Shown here: piece by piece, positions 27,635 to 37,210 of the stretch
Numbering within the stretch: position 1 is the stretch's first letter
Layout: the number at the start of each line of letters is the position of its first letter
NCBI GenBank assembly: GCA_022750455.1
Contig: JAKIVR010000003.1
Coordinates: 4,457 to 68,456 of the forward strand
Direction: 5' to 3'
Length of the DNA stretch: 64,000 nt
Source of the DNA: Thermoplasmata archaeon
Lineage (GTDB): Archaea; Thermoplasmatota; Thermoplasmata; Lutacidiplasmatales; UBA184
Made by a program: the position numbers and the translations under genes
Notes under the pieces: generated by a model
The model's database searches: none
What the model was told of the DNA's origin: nothing
Seen by the model: the letters and a program-made list of their open reading frames with translations, nothing else

Positions 27635-29773
27635 GTGGCGAACGGAGAGTCCCCCGAGGGCCCGGTCCGCCGCGTGCCCCACACCTCGGTGAGCCGGATC
27701 CTGGCGCATTCGATCCGGCTGTTCCACCCGAAGCGCGAGATCCAGCATCCGGTGATGTTCACGGTCTATGTGATGTTCTGGTTCCTGCTCGTCGTCACCC
27801 TCTTCCCCCAGGCGTTCCCGGATATCGACCGCTCGTACAGCGCCTCGTACTACCTGGCGATCACGCTCATCCTGTTCCTGACCCTGTGGTTCTCCCACCT
27901 GTCGGAGGCGATCGCCGAGGCGCAAGGGAAGGCGCAGGCCGACGCGCTCCGGGAGGTCCGCAGCGGGATCCGGGCCCGCCAGGTCCTCGCGGACGGGAAG
28001 CGCATCTGGGTCGGTGCCGAGCTCCTCCGCGTCGGGGACACCTTGGAGGTCGTGCCGGGTGAGGTCATCCCCCTGGACGGGGATGTGATCCTCGGCGCCG
28101 CGCAGATCGACGAATCGATGATGACGGGGGAGTCCGCGCTCGTCACCCGCGAGATGGGGGGGGACAAGACCAGCGTCCTCGGCGGGACCCACGTCGTCCA
28201 GGGGACCGTCCAGATCCGCGTCACGGCGATCCGGGGCCAGTCGTTCCTGGACCGGCTCATCCGTCTTGTGGAAGCGGCGAACCGGGAGAAGACCCCGAAC
28301 GAGCTCGCCCTGGACACCATCCTGGCGGCGTTCACCATCGCGCTGCTCATCGTCGTCCTCACGTTCCTGTTGCTGATCGCCTCCTTCTCGTACGTCGCGA
28401 TCGACGTCGGCACCGTGATCGCCCTCTACGTCTGCCTGATCCCTACCACGATCGGGGCGCTCTTGCCGGCGATCGGCATCTCGGGGATCAACCGGGTCGC
28501 GAAGGCGAACGTGATCGCCAAGAGCGGCAAGGCGGTGGAAGCGGCGGGGGACCTCGACGTCCTGATCCTCGACAAGACGGGCACGATCACCGTGGGGAAT
28601 CGCCTCGCCGTCCAGTTCATCGCCGCCCCGGATATCTCGGAGAAGGAGCTGCTCACGAGCGCGTTGTTCGCCTCCAGCCTCGATGTCACCCCCGAAGGCC
28701 GCTCGATCGTGCGGCTGGCGGCCCGCCGCGGCGCCCCGAACCTCTCGCTCGCCGAGGGGTCGTACCGGGTGATCCCGTTCACGGCGGAACGACGGACCAG
28801 CGGGATCACCATGACCGACGGCCGGGAGATCTACAAAGGAGCCGTCAAGGCGATCGAGGCGTACGCGGGCGCCCTCCCCCCGAGCCTCGCCGAGGCCGCG
28901 GACAGCGCCGCCCGGGAGGGGATGACCCCGCTGGCGGTCGCGGAGAACAAGCGCATCATGGGCCTCGTGATCTTGAAGGACGTCATCAAGCCCGGCATCA
29001 CCGACCGGTTGCGCGAGCTGCGGATGATGGGGATCCGCACGGTGATGTGCACGGGGGACAACCGATTGACCGCGCTCGCGATCGGTCGGGAGAGCGGCGT
29101 CGACGAGGTCGAGGCCGAAGCGAAGCCCGAGACGAAGCTCGCCATCATCGAGCGGGAGAAGGCGCAGGGCCGGATGGTGGCGATGAGTGGCGACGGCTCC
29201 AACGATGCCCCGGCCCTCGCCAAGGCGGACGTCGGCCTCGCCATGAACAGCGGCACCGGCGCCGCCAAGGAGGCCGGGAACATGGTCGATCTCGACAACG
29301 ACCCGACCAAGCTGATCGAGATCATCTCCATCGGCAAGCAGCTGCTGATCACTCGCGGCGCACTCACCACCTTCTCCGTTACCAACGACGTGGCGAAGTA
29401 CTTCGCGATCATCCCGGCGTTGTTCGTGACCGCCAACGGCGGCTTCCTGGCCGGGGTAGCGGCCCTGAACATCATGGGGCTCTCCGACCCTCACCTTGCC
29501 GTGCTCGCCGCCGTCCTGTTCAACGCCCTGATCATCCCGATCCTCATTCCTCTCGCCCTGTACGGCGTACGTTTCCGACCCCGCAGCGCCATCGACCTCC
29601 TCCGACAGAACGTCCTCTTCTACGGCCTCGGCGGCCTCGTCTCGGCGTTCGCCGGCATCTGGCTCTGCTACGCCGCCCTCAACTGGCTCGGTCGCCAAGG
29701 CTGGTGGCAGACGGTGATCACCGGGATCAACCACAGCCTGCCGTTGATGATCCAGTTCGGAGGCCACCTGTGA
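27635..29773 (+). CDS. kdpB: K+-transporting P-type ATPase subunit B
   Basis: HPVMF, TGES, KTPNELAL, CLIPTTIG, DKTGTIT, TGDN, GDGSNDAPAL, NDVAKYF. Confidence 0.97.
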   Translation: MANGESPEGPVRRVPHTSVSRILAHSIRLFHPKREIQHPVMFTVYVMFWFLLVVTLFPQAFPDIDRSYSASYYLAITLILFLTLWFSHLSEAIAEAQGKAQADALREVRSGIRARQVLADGKRIWVGAELLRVGDTLEVVPGEVIPLDGDVILGAAQIDESMMTGESALVTREMGGDKTSVLGGTHVVQGTVQIRVTAIRGQSFLDRLIRLVEAANREKTPNELALDTILAAFTIALLIVVLTFLLLIASFSYVAIDVGTVIALYVCLIPTTIGALLPAIGISGINRVAKANVIAKSGKAVEAAGDLDVLILDKTGTITVGNRLAVQFIAAPDISEKELLTSALFASSLDVTPEGRSIVRLAARRGAPNLSLAEGSYRVIPFTAERRTSGITMTDGREIYKGAVKAIEAYAGALPPSLAEAADSAAREGMTPLAVAENKRIMGLVILKDVIKPGITDRLRELRMMGIRTVMCTGDNRLTALAIGRESGVDEVEAEAKPETKLAIIEREKAQGRMVAMSGDGSNDAPALAKADVGLAMNSGTGAAKEAGNMVDLDNDPTKLIEIISIGKQLLITRGALTTFSVTNDVAKYFAIIPALFVTANGGFLAGVAALNIMGLSDPHLAVLAAVLFNALIIPILIPLALYGVRFRPRSAIDLLRQNVLFYGLGGLVSAFAGIWLCYAALNWLGRQGWWQTVITGINHSLPLMIQFGGHL

Positions 29774-30261
29774 GCGCCCCGTCCCCCTTGACGGACCCGA
29801 AGGAGTCGGGGAGCTCGATCCGCCCGATCTCGATCGGGGACCGCTCGCGCGTTCCCGAACCCCCTCCGACGATGTCGATGTCCCGGCACCTCCGTGCGGG
29901 GCTGGTCTTCTTCGTGATCATGATCCTGTTCGCGGGCGTCGCGTATCCTCTCGGGATCGCCACGCTCGGCTGGGAGTTGCACTCCGGGCCCAGCACGACC
30001 CCGGTCGCCTCGGACAATACGACGGCGCCGTCCAACAACAGCACGGGAAACTCGAGCGCGAACGCCTCGGTCATGTTCGACGGATCGAGGTCGCCATCGA
30101 TGCCGGCAGGTGCCGGGCGACCGGGGGCCCCTTCGATCGCCTCCGCCCCGTGGCCCCAAACCTACGTGTACCTGCCCGGCCTACGGACCTCCGTCGAATT
30201 CCCGACGCCTCCCGCGCCGTCGCGGGGGATCGTCGCGGGCGCCGACGCGATCGCACGGTGA
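29770..30261 (+). CDS. kdpC: KdpC-like protein reduced to its N-terminal TM helix plus a low-complexity tail
   Basis: GTG overlaps the kdpB stop; HLRAGLVFFVIMILFAGVAYPLGIATLG matches the KdpC TM; no recognisable KdpC extracellular domain. Confidence 0.6.
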   Translation: MSAPSPLTDPKESGSSIRPISIGDRSRVPEPPPTMSMSRHLRAGLVFFVIMILFAGVAYPLGIATLGWELHSGPSTTPVASDNTTAPSNNSTGNSSANASVMFDGSRSPSMPAGAGRPGAPSIASAPWPQTYVYLPGLRTSVEFPTPPAPSRGIVAGADAIAR

Positions 30262-30267
30262 ACTACC

Positions 30268-31077
30268 ATGTACAAGCAGATCCTGATCCCCGTGACCGGC
30301 CCCGCCGAGGTGGAACCGTTGATCGGGTTCGCGGCCCAGCTCCTCGAAGCGGACGGTGAGATCCGGCTCCTGCACGTGATCTCCAACGAATCGCTGACCG
30401 ATGTCACTCGGCAGTGGCGCTCGTCCGTGAACATCGTCATCCCGGCTCACGAAGCCGGCGCGGCCCTCGACGTGCGCGTCGAGCCCGAGGTCCGCTCCGC
30501 CCACGATGTGGCGACCGAGATCCTCGAGCGATCCGAGACCGGCGGGGTGGACGCGATCCTGATGACTCTCCGGGGCGCCCGCCGGGAGAGGAACCCGTTC
30601 GTCGGCCACACGGCGAGCTCCATCCTGCACCACGCCACGTGCGACGTGCTCGTGGTGAACCGCCTCGCCCTCGCCGAAAAGAGCATCCGTCGGGTCCTGG
30701 TGCCGTCGCTCGGCACCGGTCCGCCGCCGAAGGTGCTCCGACTCGCCGAGGAGATCGCGGTCCACAATCAAGGGGTCCCGATCATCACGCTCGCCATCTC
30801 GCCGCGCGGCGATGAAGGGGGTTCGAACCGTGCGCCCCCGTCTCGGACCCCTCGCGGGGTCCCGATGCAGATGCACCGCTCGTTCTTCTCCGACGCCATC
30901 CTCGGCCGCCGACGCCAGCTGCCGCGGTTGATCCTCTCCTCGGCCGCCCGCGAGAAGTTCGGCCTGTTGTTGGTCGGGGACGACCCGACGTCCGACACGG
31001 GATCGATCCTGACCCGCACCTTCCTCGACGAACTGTTCCGGTCGGCGCCGTGCCCCGTCGTCGCCCTCCACGGCTAG
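30268..31077 (+). CDS. Tandem universal stress protein, KdpQ-like by position
   Basis: MYKQILIPV, LLHVI, DAILM, GHTASSILHHATCDVLVV; second domain ends ELFRSAPCPVVAL. Confidence 0.85.
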   Translation: MYKQILIPVTGPAEVEPLIGFAAQLLEADGEIRLLHVISNESLTDVTRQWRSSVNIVIPAHEAGAALDVRVEPEVRSAHDVATEILERSETGGVDAILMTLRGARRERNPFVGHTASSILHHATCDVLVVNRLALAEKSIRRVLVPSLGTGPPPKVLRLAEEIAVHNQGVPIITLAISPRGDEGGSNRAPPSRTPRGVPMQMHRSFFSDAILGRRRQLPRLILSSAAREKFGLLLVGDDPTSDTGSILTRTFLDELFRSAPCPVVALHG

Positions 31078-31089
31078 GCGGACGGGCCG

Positions 31090-31899
31090 ATGAGCGTCCT
31101 CTGGTTCGTAGGCCTCGGTCTCGCCGGCCCCCAGGAGATCCCTCCTCGGGTCCGGCAGCTGACCGCCGAAGCCGGTGCCGTGTTCGCCGAAGAGTACACC
31201 AGCCGGGTGAGCCCGGGAACGATGGACGCCCTAGAGCGGGAGGTGGGGCGTCCGATCGTTCGGGTCGACCGCTCCGCGTTGGAGGCCGAGGGGCTCGTCC
31301 GGGAGGCGCTCCATCACCACGCGCAGGTCGTCCTGCTCGTGGCCGGAGATCCTTTCGTGGCGACCACCCACGTCGCGCTCCGGGTCGCGGCCGAGTCGTG
31401 GGGACACGAGTGGCGGTACGTCCCCGGGGCCACCGTGGCCACGGCCGTCCCCGGATTTCTCGGGTTGCAACAGTACCGGTTCGGGCGGACCGTGTCGATC
31501 CCGTTCCCGGAACCGAATTTCACGCCTCGCTCTCCGCGGGACGCGATCGGGAGGAATCGGTCGGCGGGCCTGCACACCCTCGTGCTCCTCGACCTCCGTC
31601 CGGACCTGGACCGGTACCTCACGGCGAACGAGGCGCTCCGGATCCTGATCGAGCAGGATGCGTCGTTCCCGCCCCCCCTCTTCCCGCCCGAGCAACCGGT
31701 GGCCGTCGCCGCTCGCGTCGGCCGCGACGACGCCGCCGGATGGTTCGGTCCGATCGAGGCGCTCTCGCGGGCCGACTTCGGCCCACCGTTGCACGCCCTC
31801 GTCGTCCCGGCGCTCCCCCTGCATTTCGAGGAGGCGGCGGCCCTCGTGAGATTCCGCCTCCCGGAGGACCGGCGCTCCCGGCCCGCAAGCCCGGCCTAG
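31090..31899 (+). CDS. dph5: Diphthine synthase
   Basis: LWFVGLGL, EEYTS, GDPFVATTH, GLQQYRFGRTVSIP, GLHTLVLLDL, DFGPPLHALVVP, LHFEE. Confidence 0.95.
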   Translation: MSVLWFVGLGLAGPQEIPPRVRQLTAEAGAVFAEEYTSRVSPGTMDALEREVGRPIVRVDRSALEAEGLVREALHHHAQVVLLVAGDPFVATTHVALRVAAESWGHEWRYVPGATVATAVPGFLGLQQYRFGRTVSIPFPEPNFTPRSPRDAIGRNRSAGLHTLVLLDLRPDLDRYLTANEALRILIEQDASFPPPLFPPEQPVAVAARVGRDDAAGWFGPIEALSRADFGPPLHALVVPALPLHFEEAAALVRFRLPEDRRSRPASPA

Positions 31900-32285
31900 C
31901 GGTACCGACGCAACTGCGGCGGAAGTGTCTGGACAAAATCTCCCCGGTGGAACGGGCGGCGGACCACTCCGTCGACGTTCGGTCCCGTCAAGATCGGGTC
32001 CTCGTTGGCAGCGTCCTCCGACGAGACCACGACGGTCCAGAGGTCGGGTTGGGCGGCCTTGGTCTCCTCGGCGAGCGCCTGGGCCTCCCCATCGGAGAGC
32101 GATCGCTCGATGACCAGGATGCTTGGGTGGTCCCGTCGGACCCGGGCGGCCGCCTCGGCGGCTCCCGTCACGTCCCCGACGACGTGCACGCCTTCGAGAA
32201 CGAGAAGGGAGCGCAACAACGCCCGCACGTCCTCGTCGGCGGCGACGACGACGGCCGTCCAAGGCTCCACCTCCGCCGTCGACAT
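31896..32285 (-). CDS. Stand-alone atypical (pseudo) response-regulator receiver domain
   Basis: ATG 32285; CheY-like pattern VVAADEDVRALLRSLL..G..VVG....AEA...HPSILVIE..LSDG...VVVSS...VRRPF. Confidence 0.7.
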   Translation of the reverse strand: MSTAEVEPWTAVVVAADEDVRALLRSLLVLEGVHVVGDVTGAAEAAARVRRDHPSILVIERSLSDGEAQALAEETKAAQPDLWTVVVSSEDAANEDPILTGPNVDGVVRRPFHRGDFVQTLPPQLRRYR

Positions 32286-32329
32286 GGGGTCGCCCTCCAG
32301 GGTACGGAGCGAGTCGGGGGTATATTCCA

Positions 32330-33871
32330 CTACCCTGGGCCGGAGCGCTCGCCCCAGTTGGTGACCCCGGCGGCCGCCAAGAGGCCCCCAAGGGCGGCGT
32401 CGTACGTCTCCGGGGTCGCCGCGAGCAGGGCTCGGGCGCGCTCTTGCAGCGCTTCCCCGAACTGACGCTCGGTGTCCGCGAACTGCCAGTTGTGAGCGGG
32501 GCCGCGGTCCATGGCGAGCAGCAGCCCCCAGGCCAACCCTCGCTCCCGACCTTCCCGGGGGAGGGTCTGCTCGAGTCGCCGTTCCGCGGCCGGGTTGCCG
32601 TTGATCCGGGCCTCCCGCGCGATCGCGTCGACAAAGGCGGCCTCCGGCACGAGCCGCTCGTATTGGGGGAGGGCCCCGAGCGCCGCGCGATCCGTCGAAT
32701 CGCGGGCCGCACGGCGGAGCAGCTCCGCCACTCGTCCGGGCGCACCCCGACCTTCGGCGACCCACGCCTCGGCGCGTTCGGGATCGTCCACGATCGCCCC
32801 GACGATCGTCTCGGCGTGGTCGCGCCACAGCTCCTCGAGGGCTCGACTCGCCCGGGGCTCGTCGAGGTCGATCTGTCGCGAGACCTCGGGGAGCACGGCC
32901 GTGAGCGCCCGCCGTTCCACGTCGTTCGGGTGCAGCGCCTCGATGAACGCGCCCGAGTTCTGTCCGTAGCAGACCCCGCCCGCGATGAACAGCGTCCCGC
33001 CTCGGCGGGCAACCGCCTGGTTGCACTCCGTGACGTACTCCTGCAGCAGCTCGCGGTCGCCGATCCGCCCGAGGTGGTACCGCTTCTCGGTGGCCCGTGC
33101 GATCTCCGGCAGGCGCTGGTGGGGGCAGTCGGGGCCGCCCCGGCAGTCGATGTTCCGGTGGGCGGCGACCGGGAACGACGCCTCCGGGTCCCGGATCGCG
33201 GCGCCCCCGGAGATCGAGGCGAGGAGGTGTCGGTCGTCCTTGGTGCACCGGTCGCAGACCTCCCAGGCGAGGTCGGCGTCGGTCCAGTGGATCTCCAGGT
33301 ACGGGCGACGCTCGCCCGCCTCGAGGTGAGAGCAGCGGGAGAGCTTCCCGTGCCGAGTGACCCGATACGGCAGCGCCCGCTCGAGCGCCTGGAGGTACTC
33401 GGGCGGGGGCACCGACGACGATCCCGGGCTCACGACCCCGTCGCTGACGGCGAAGAACGACCAGCCTTTGCGGGTCAGCGGCACGTAGGCGAGCAGGAGA
33501 CGCCGGGGCACGTCGTAGTTCTGCACGGCGATCTGCATCTCCTTCGGGGCGCTCGCCACCGGGGCGTACGGGACCTCCCCGTCGCCGAGCCGAACGGTGA
33601 CCAGCGGCGGCAGCTCCTCATCGAGGTACGTTCGGAGGACGCCCGCCAACGCGCGAGGCATGTCGTCGCCCCACCGTCGGAGATGGTCGAGTCGCTTCGG
33701 ATCGTCGCGGTTCTCCCGGACCTCCTCAAGGCGGGTGTGGAGCTTCTCGAACGCATCCTTCGGGCAGTCGCCGACCGGCCGCGGCAGGAGCGGATCGATG
33801 CTCTTGCGGAGTCGTTCGACCCGCTTCCAGAACTCCTCCTCCCACCGATTCGAGGCCCGACGGATGCGCAT
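32330..33871 (-). CDS. Hypothetical protein with scattered Cys/His motifs
   Basis: Likely ATG 33871 (MRIRRASNRW); globular composition; CSH, CDRC and C.GGPDCPH motifs. Confidence 0.7.
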   Translation of the reverse strand: MRIRRASNRWEEEFWKRVERLRKSIDPLLPRPVGDCPKDAFEKLHTRLEEVRENRDDPKRLDHLRRWGDDMPRALAGVLRTYLDEELPPLVTVRLGDGEVPYAPVASAPKEMQIAVQNYDVPRRLLLAYVPLTRKGWSFFAVSDGVVSPGSSSVPPPEYLQALERALPYRVTRHGKLSRCSHLEAGERRPYLEIHWTDADLAWEVCDRCTKDDRHLLASISGGAAIRDPEASFPVAAHRNIDCRGGPDCPHQRLPEIARATEKRYHLGRIGDRELLQEYVTECNQAVARRGGTLFIAGGVCYGQNSGAFIEALHPNDVERRALTAVLPEVSRQIDLDEPRASRALEELWRDHAETIVGAIVDDPERAEAWVAEGRGAPGRVAELLRRAARDSTDRAALGALPQYERLVPEAAFVDAIAREARINGNPAAERRLEQTLPREGRERGLAWGLLLAMDRGPAHNWQFADTERQFGEALQERARALLAATPETYDAALGGLLAAAGVTNWGERSGPG

Positions 33872-33896
33872 CGTCGAGGCGAGGTCGGGGCCCGTA

Positions 33897-34496
33897 CTAA
33901 GCGCTTCGCGGCGGAGGAAGGGGGGTCTCCCCGCGGGCAAGGGCGAGGAAGTTCTCGAAGATCCGCCGCCCTCCGACGGTATGTTCGACCTCGGGGTGGA
34001 ACTGGACGCCGAACAGCGGACGGTCCGGCGCGGCCATCGCCTGGACCGGGCAGGCGGTCGAGCGGGCGAGCGTCGTCCACCCGGGCGGCGGCTGGGTCAC
34101 CTGGTCGTTGTGGTTCGCCCAGACCCGGGTCGGCGAGCTCAGACCGGTCCAGAGCGGGTGCACGGGGTCGCTCAGTTCGACCTCGACGCGACCGAACTCG
34201 CCGGCCGCGGCGTGGCTCACCGTGCCCCCGTAGTGTCGGGCGAGATACTGGTGACCGACGCAGATGCCGAGCACCGGGAGGCGCAGCACGTCGATCCACT
34301 CCGCCACCCGCCCGAGGGGCTCGGTGGAGCTCTCCAGGCTCAAGGCGCCCCCCGAGAGCACGACGGCGTCCGCCCCCGCGATCTCCTCGGGCGCGGCGGT
34401 GTTCGGCAGGATCTGACAATCGACCCCGAGGTCGCGCAGCACCCGCCACTCTCGGTGGGTCCACTGACCGCCGTTGTCGATGACCGGTACCTTCAT
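33897..34496 (-). CDS. guaAA: GMP synthase glutamine amidotransferase subunit (class I GATase)
   Basis: ATG 34496; VIDNGGQWTHRE, VLSGG, PVLGICVGHQ, GVQFHPEVEHT. Confidence 0.92.
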   Translation of the reverse strand: MKVPVIDNGGQWTHREWRVLRDLGVDCQILPNTAAPEEIAGADAVVLSGGALSLESSTEPLGRVAEWIDVLRLPVLGICVGHQYLARHYGGTVSHAAAGEFGRVEVELSDPVHPLWTGLSSPTRVWANHNDQVTQPPPGWTTLARSTACPVQAMAAPDRPLFGVQFHPEVEHTVGGRRIFENFLALARGETPLPPPRSA

Positions 34497-34855
34497 CGGG
34501 CTCCCTCCCCGCCTCCCCCCGGCTTCGAGGGCGGGGTCGGGGGGTCGCGAGCGGCGAGGAGCTCCTTCAGCTCTTCGCGGAGCTCGCTCACCTCCGTGCG
34601 CATGTGGAGCATCTCCTCCTCGAACGGGGTGAACGACCGGGTCGAGTAGATGCGGGACGAGAGGTAGAAGCCGACGAAGACCGCGCCGACGAGGGCGAGG
34701 ATCGTCACCAGGAGGATGCCGATGAGGATCGAGTACGGCGAGAGGATCGCGGTGGCGAGGGGCACGGTGAACAGGCGGGTGATCTCGGCGAGCTCGACGA
34801 TGACGAGCGCCCCGACGACGCCGATCCAGAAGATGCTCCACCGGGCGATCTTCAC
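34493..34855 (-). CDS. Small membrane protein (two TM segments plus a coiled-coil tail)
   Basis: Two hydrophobic segments; FTPFEEEML...coiled coil; 4-bp overlaps with both neighbours. Confidence 0.7.
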   Translation of the reverse strand: MKIARWSIFWIGVVGALVIVELAEITRLFTVPLATAILSPYSILIGILLVTILALVGAVFVGFYLSSRIYSTRSFTPFEEEMLHMRTEVSELREELKELLAARDPPTPPSKPGGGGEGAR

Positions 34856-35406
34856 GGACAGGCCCCCACTTCGAGGGTGAGCGGCAGTTCGACGGGGAGT
34901 GTATCGAGCGGGACCGCGCTGGGCGCGGTGCCCGAGAGCGCGGGGGTCAACGTCGCCACCAGGAGGGTCGTCCCCGAGACGGCCAAGACGTACTGCCCGC
35001 CGTAGACCGCGCGTCCGTTCTGGGGGTCGACGTACGTCGCCGTCACGTTCACCGCGACGGGATCGATCGAGGTCGTGAGGTTATCGAACAACGACTCCGA
35101 CGCGTTCGCCCATCGGCTCCAGTTGAGCCCTGCGGCGGAGGGGGGAGGCGGCCAGGTAGCATTGGCGATCGCGATCGAGAGGTTCAGGAACCGGATCGTC
35201 TCCACCCCGTCCACGTACAGCTTCAGGACGTTCATCCCCAGGGGCTGGTCGACGTCCAGCTTCGGCGCGCTGCCGAAGCACCCGGCCGTCGGAGTGTTCG
35301 GGGCGACGAGGTCCGGGGTGAGCACGATCAACAGCACCAGGAGGGCGCTCAGACCCGCGAGCGGCCAGTTGAGGACCCCGCGATCGGGGACTGGCACCGG
35401 GTTCAT
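34852..35406 (-). CDS. Membrane-anchored/exported hypothetical protein
   Basis: ATG 35406 overlaps the ubiX stop; NWPLAGLSALLVLLIVLTP TM; several sequons. Confidence 0.7.
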   Translation of the reverse strand: MNPVPVPDRGVLNWPLAGLSALLVLLIVLTPDLVAPNTPTAGCFGSAPKLDVDQPLGMNVLKLYVDGVETIRFLNLSIAIANATWPPPPSAAGLNWSRWANASESLFDNLTTSIDPVAVNVTATYVDPQNGRAVYGGQYVLAVSGTTLLVATLTPALSGTAPSAVPLDTLPVELPLTLEVGACP

Positions 35407-35981
35407 CCGGGTACCCCCACCTTCCATCCCCGATAGAGTTGGTGGGGGACGTGCAGGTGGTCGAGAACCTTGCCGGCGAGGTAGTCCGTGACGTCTTCGA
35501 TCGTCTTCGGATGGAGGTAGTAGGCGGGCTCGGGCGGCAGGATGACGACCCCGAGCTCGGCGAGCCGGGTGAGATGGCCGAGCAGGATCGGCGAGAGCGG
35601 GGTCTCGCGCACGACGAGCAGGAGCGGCCGCCGCTCCTTCAGGTGGACGTGCGCCGCGCGGGTCACCAGGGTATCGGCGAGGCCGAGCGCGATCTTGGCC
35701 GCCGTGTGCGAGGAGCAGGGCACCACCGCCATCGCCTGGGTCGGACGGGAGCCGCTCGCGTAGGCGTGGGCGAGGTCCTTGTCGTTGGCGATCTCGAGAG
35801 CCCACGGCCGGAGCGCGTCGAGGGGGAGCCCGCTCTCCTCGCGCAGCACCGCCTCGGCCCCCTCGGAGATGATGACGACCGGCGGCCGGCCCGCTTCGTG
35901 GAGGGCCCGGATGACCCGGAGCGCGATTGGGGCCCCGCTCGCCCCCGTGACGCCGATCAGGATCGGCGCGTCTTCGACCAA
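35403..35981 (-). CDS. ubiX: Flavin prenyltransferase
   Basis: IGVTGASGA, ASGS, VVPCS, RAAHVHLKERRPLLLVVRETPLS, PPEPAYY. Confidence 0.95.
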   Translation of the reverse strand: MVEDAPILIGVTGASGAPIALRVIRALHEAGRPPVVIISEGAEAVLREESGLPLDALRPWALEIANDKDLAHAYASGSRPTQAMAVVPCSSHTAAKIALGLADTLVTRAAHVHLKERRPLLLVVRETPLSPILLGHLTRLAELGVVILPPEPAYYLHPKTIEDVTDYLAGKVLDHLHVPHQLYRGWKVGVPG

Positions 35982-36040
35982 CGTTCCTTGCCCCCGGAGT
36001 TATAGCTCGGAACGGCTCGTTCGATTTGAGGCATTCGGGA

Positions 36041-37210
36041 GTGCCACCCTCGGAGCGCGCCGCCCTGATCGGGGCCGGACATACTCGGTTCGGCGTGCTT
36101 CCGGACGCTCCTCGCACCCTGATCCGAGAGGCGGTCGACTCGGCGTTCGCGAGCGTCGATCGAGGCCTCGAGCGCTCGCAGGTCGGCGAGGCGTTCCTCG
36201 CCACCCTCGGCTTCTCGGGTTGGCAGTTGGGAAACTCCGCGGCTCTGTTGGCGGAGGAGGCCGGGATCCCCGGCGTCCCGGTCGTCCGGATCGAGAACGC
36301 CTGCGCCTCCGGCGGTTCGGCGCTCCGAGCGGCGGTCCGAACGATCGAGAGCGGCTCCCAGGAGGCGGTTCTCGTGGTCGGCGTCGAGAAGATGACCGAC
36401 GTCAGCTCCCGACGACGTCGGTACTGGCTCGGGGTCTCGGGCGACACCGAGTGGGAGCGGTTGGCCGGACTCACCTTCGCCGGGGTGTACGCGCTGATGG
36501 CCGCCCGCCATATGCACGACTACGGCACTCCGATCGAGGCGCTCGCCCAGGTGGCCGTGAAGAACCACGCGAACGGTCTGCTCAACCCGAACGCCCAGTT
36601 CCGGAAAGCGGTCCGCGTGGAGGACGTGCTCGCCGCCCCCCGCGTCGCCGATCCGCTCGGGCTGTACGACTGCTGCCCCGTCAGCGACGGGGCGTCCGCC
36701 CTGCTCCTGGTCGCGGAATCCGTGGCCCGACGGTACACGGACACGCCGGTGCGGGTCGTAGGGGCCGGCGCCGGCTCCGACCACCTCGCCGTGCACGATC
36801 GGGAGTCTCTCACCAGCCTCCACGCGACCCAGCGAGCCGCCGCGGAGGCGTTCCGCCATGCGCCGTTCGACCGGTCGAAGGTCCAGTTCGCCGAGGTCCA
36901 CGACTGCTTCACGATCGCCGAGATCCTGGCGCTGGAGGACCTCGGTTTCGCCGCGCCCGGAGAGGCGGCCCAGATGACACTGGAAGGGGCCACGGCCCGC
37001 TCGGGGCGGTTCCCCGTGAACCCCGATGGCGGATTGAAGTCGAAGGGGCACCCGATCGGCGCCACGGGCGTCAGTCAGGCGTACGAGATCTTTCTCCAGC
37101 TCCGCGGGGCGGCCGGGGCGCGGCAGATCCCCCAGGCGGAGCGGGCCCTCGCCCACAACGTCGGAGGTTCAGGAGCGACGGCGACCGTCGCCCTGTTCGA
37201 GAGGGCATGA
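36041..37210 (+). CDS. Archaeal-type thiolase (acetyl-CoA acetyltransferase)
   Basis: ENACASG, GVEKM, AVKNH, DCCPVSDGA, EVHDCFT, NPDGGL, GHPIGATG, HNVGG. Confidence 0.92.
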   Translation: MPPSERAALIGAGHTRFGVLPDAPRTLIREAVDSAFASVDRGLERSQVGEAFLATLGFSGWQLGNSAALLAEEAGIPGVPVVRIENACASGGSALRAAVRTIESGSQEAVLVVGVEKMTDVSSRRRRYWLGVSGDTEWERLAGLTFAGVYALMAARHMHDYGTPIEALAQVAVKNHANGLLNPNAQFRKAVRVEDVLAAPRVADPLGLYDCCPVSDGASALLLVAESVARRYTDTPVRVVGAGAGSDHLAVHDRESLTSLHATQRAAAEAFRHAPFDRSKVQFAEVHDCFTIAEILALEDLGFAAPGEAAQMTLEGATARSGRFPVNPDGGLKSKGHPIGATGVSQAYEIFLQLRGAAGARQIPQAERALAHNVGGSGATATVALFERA

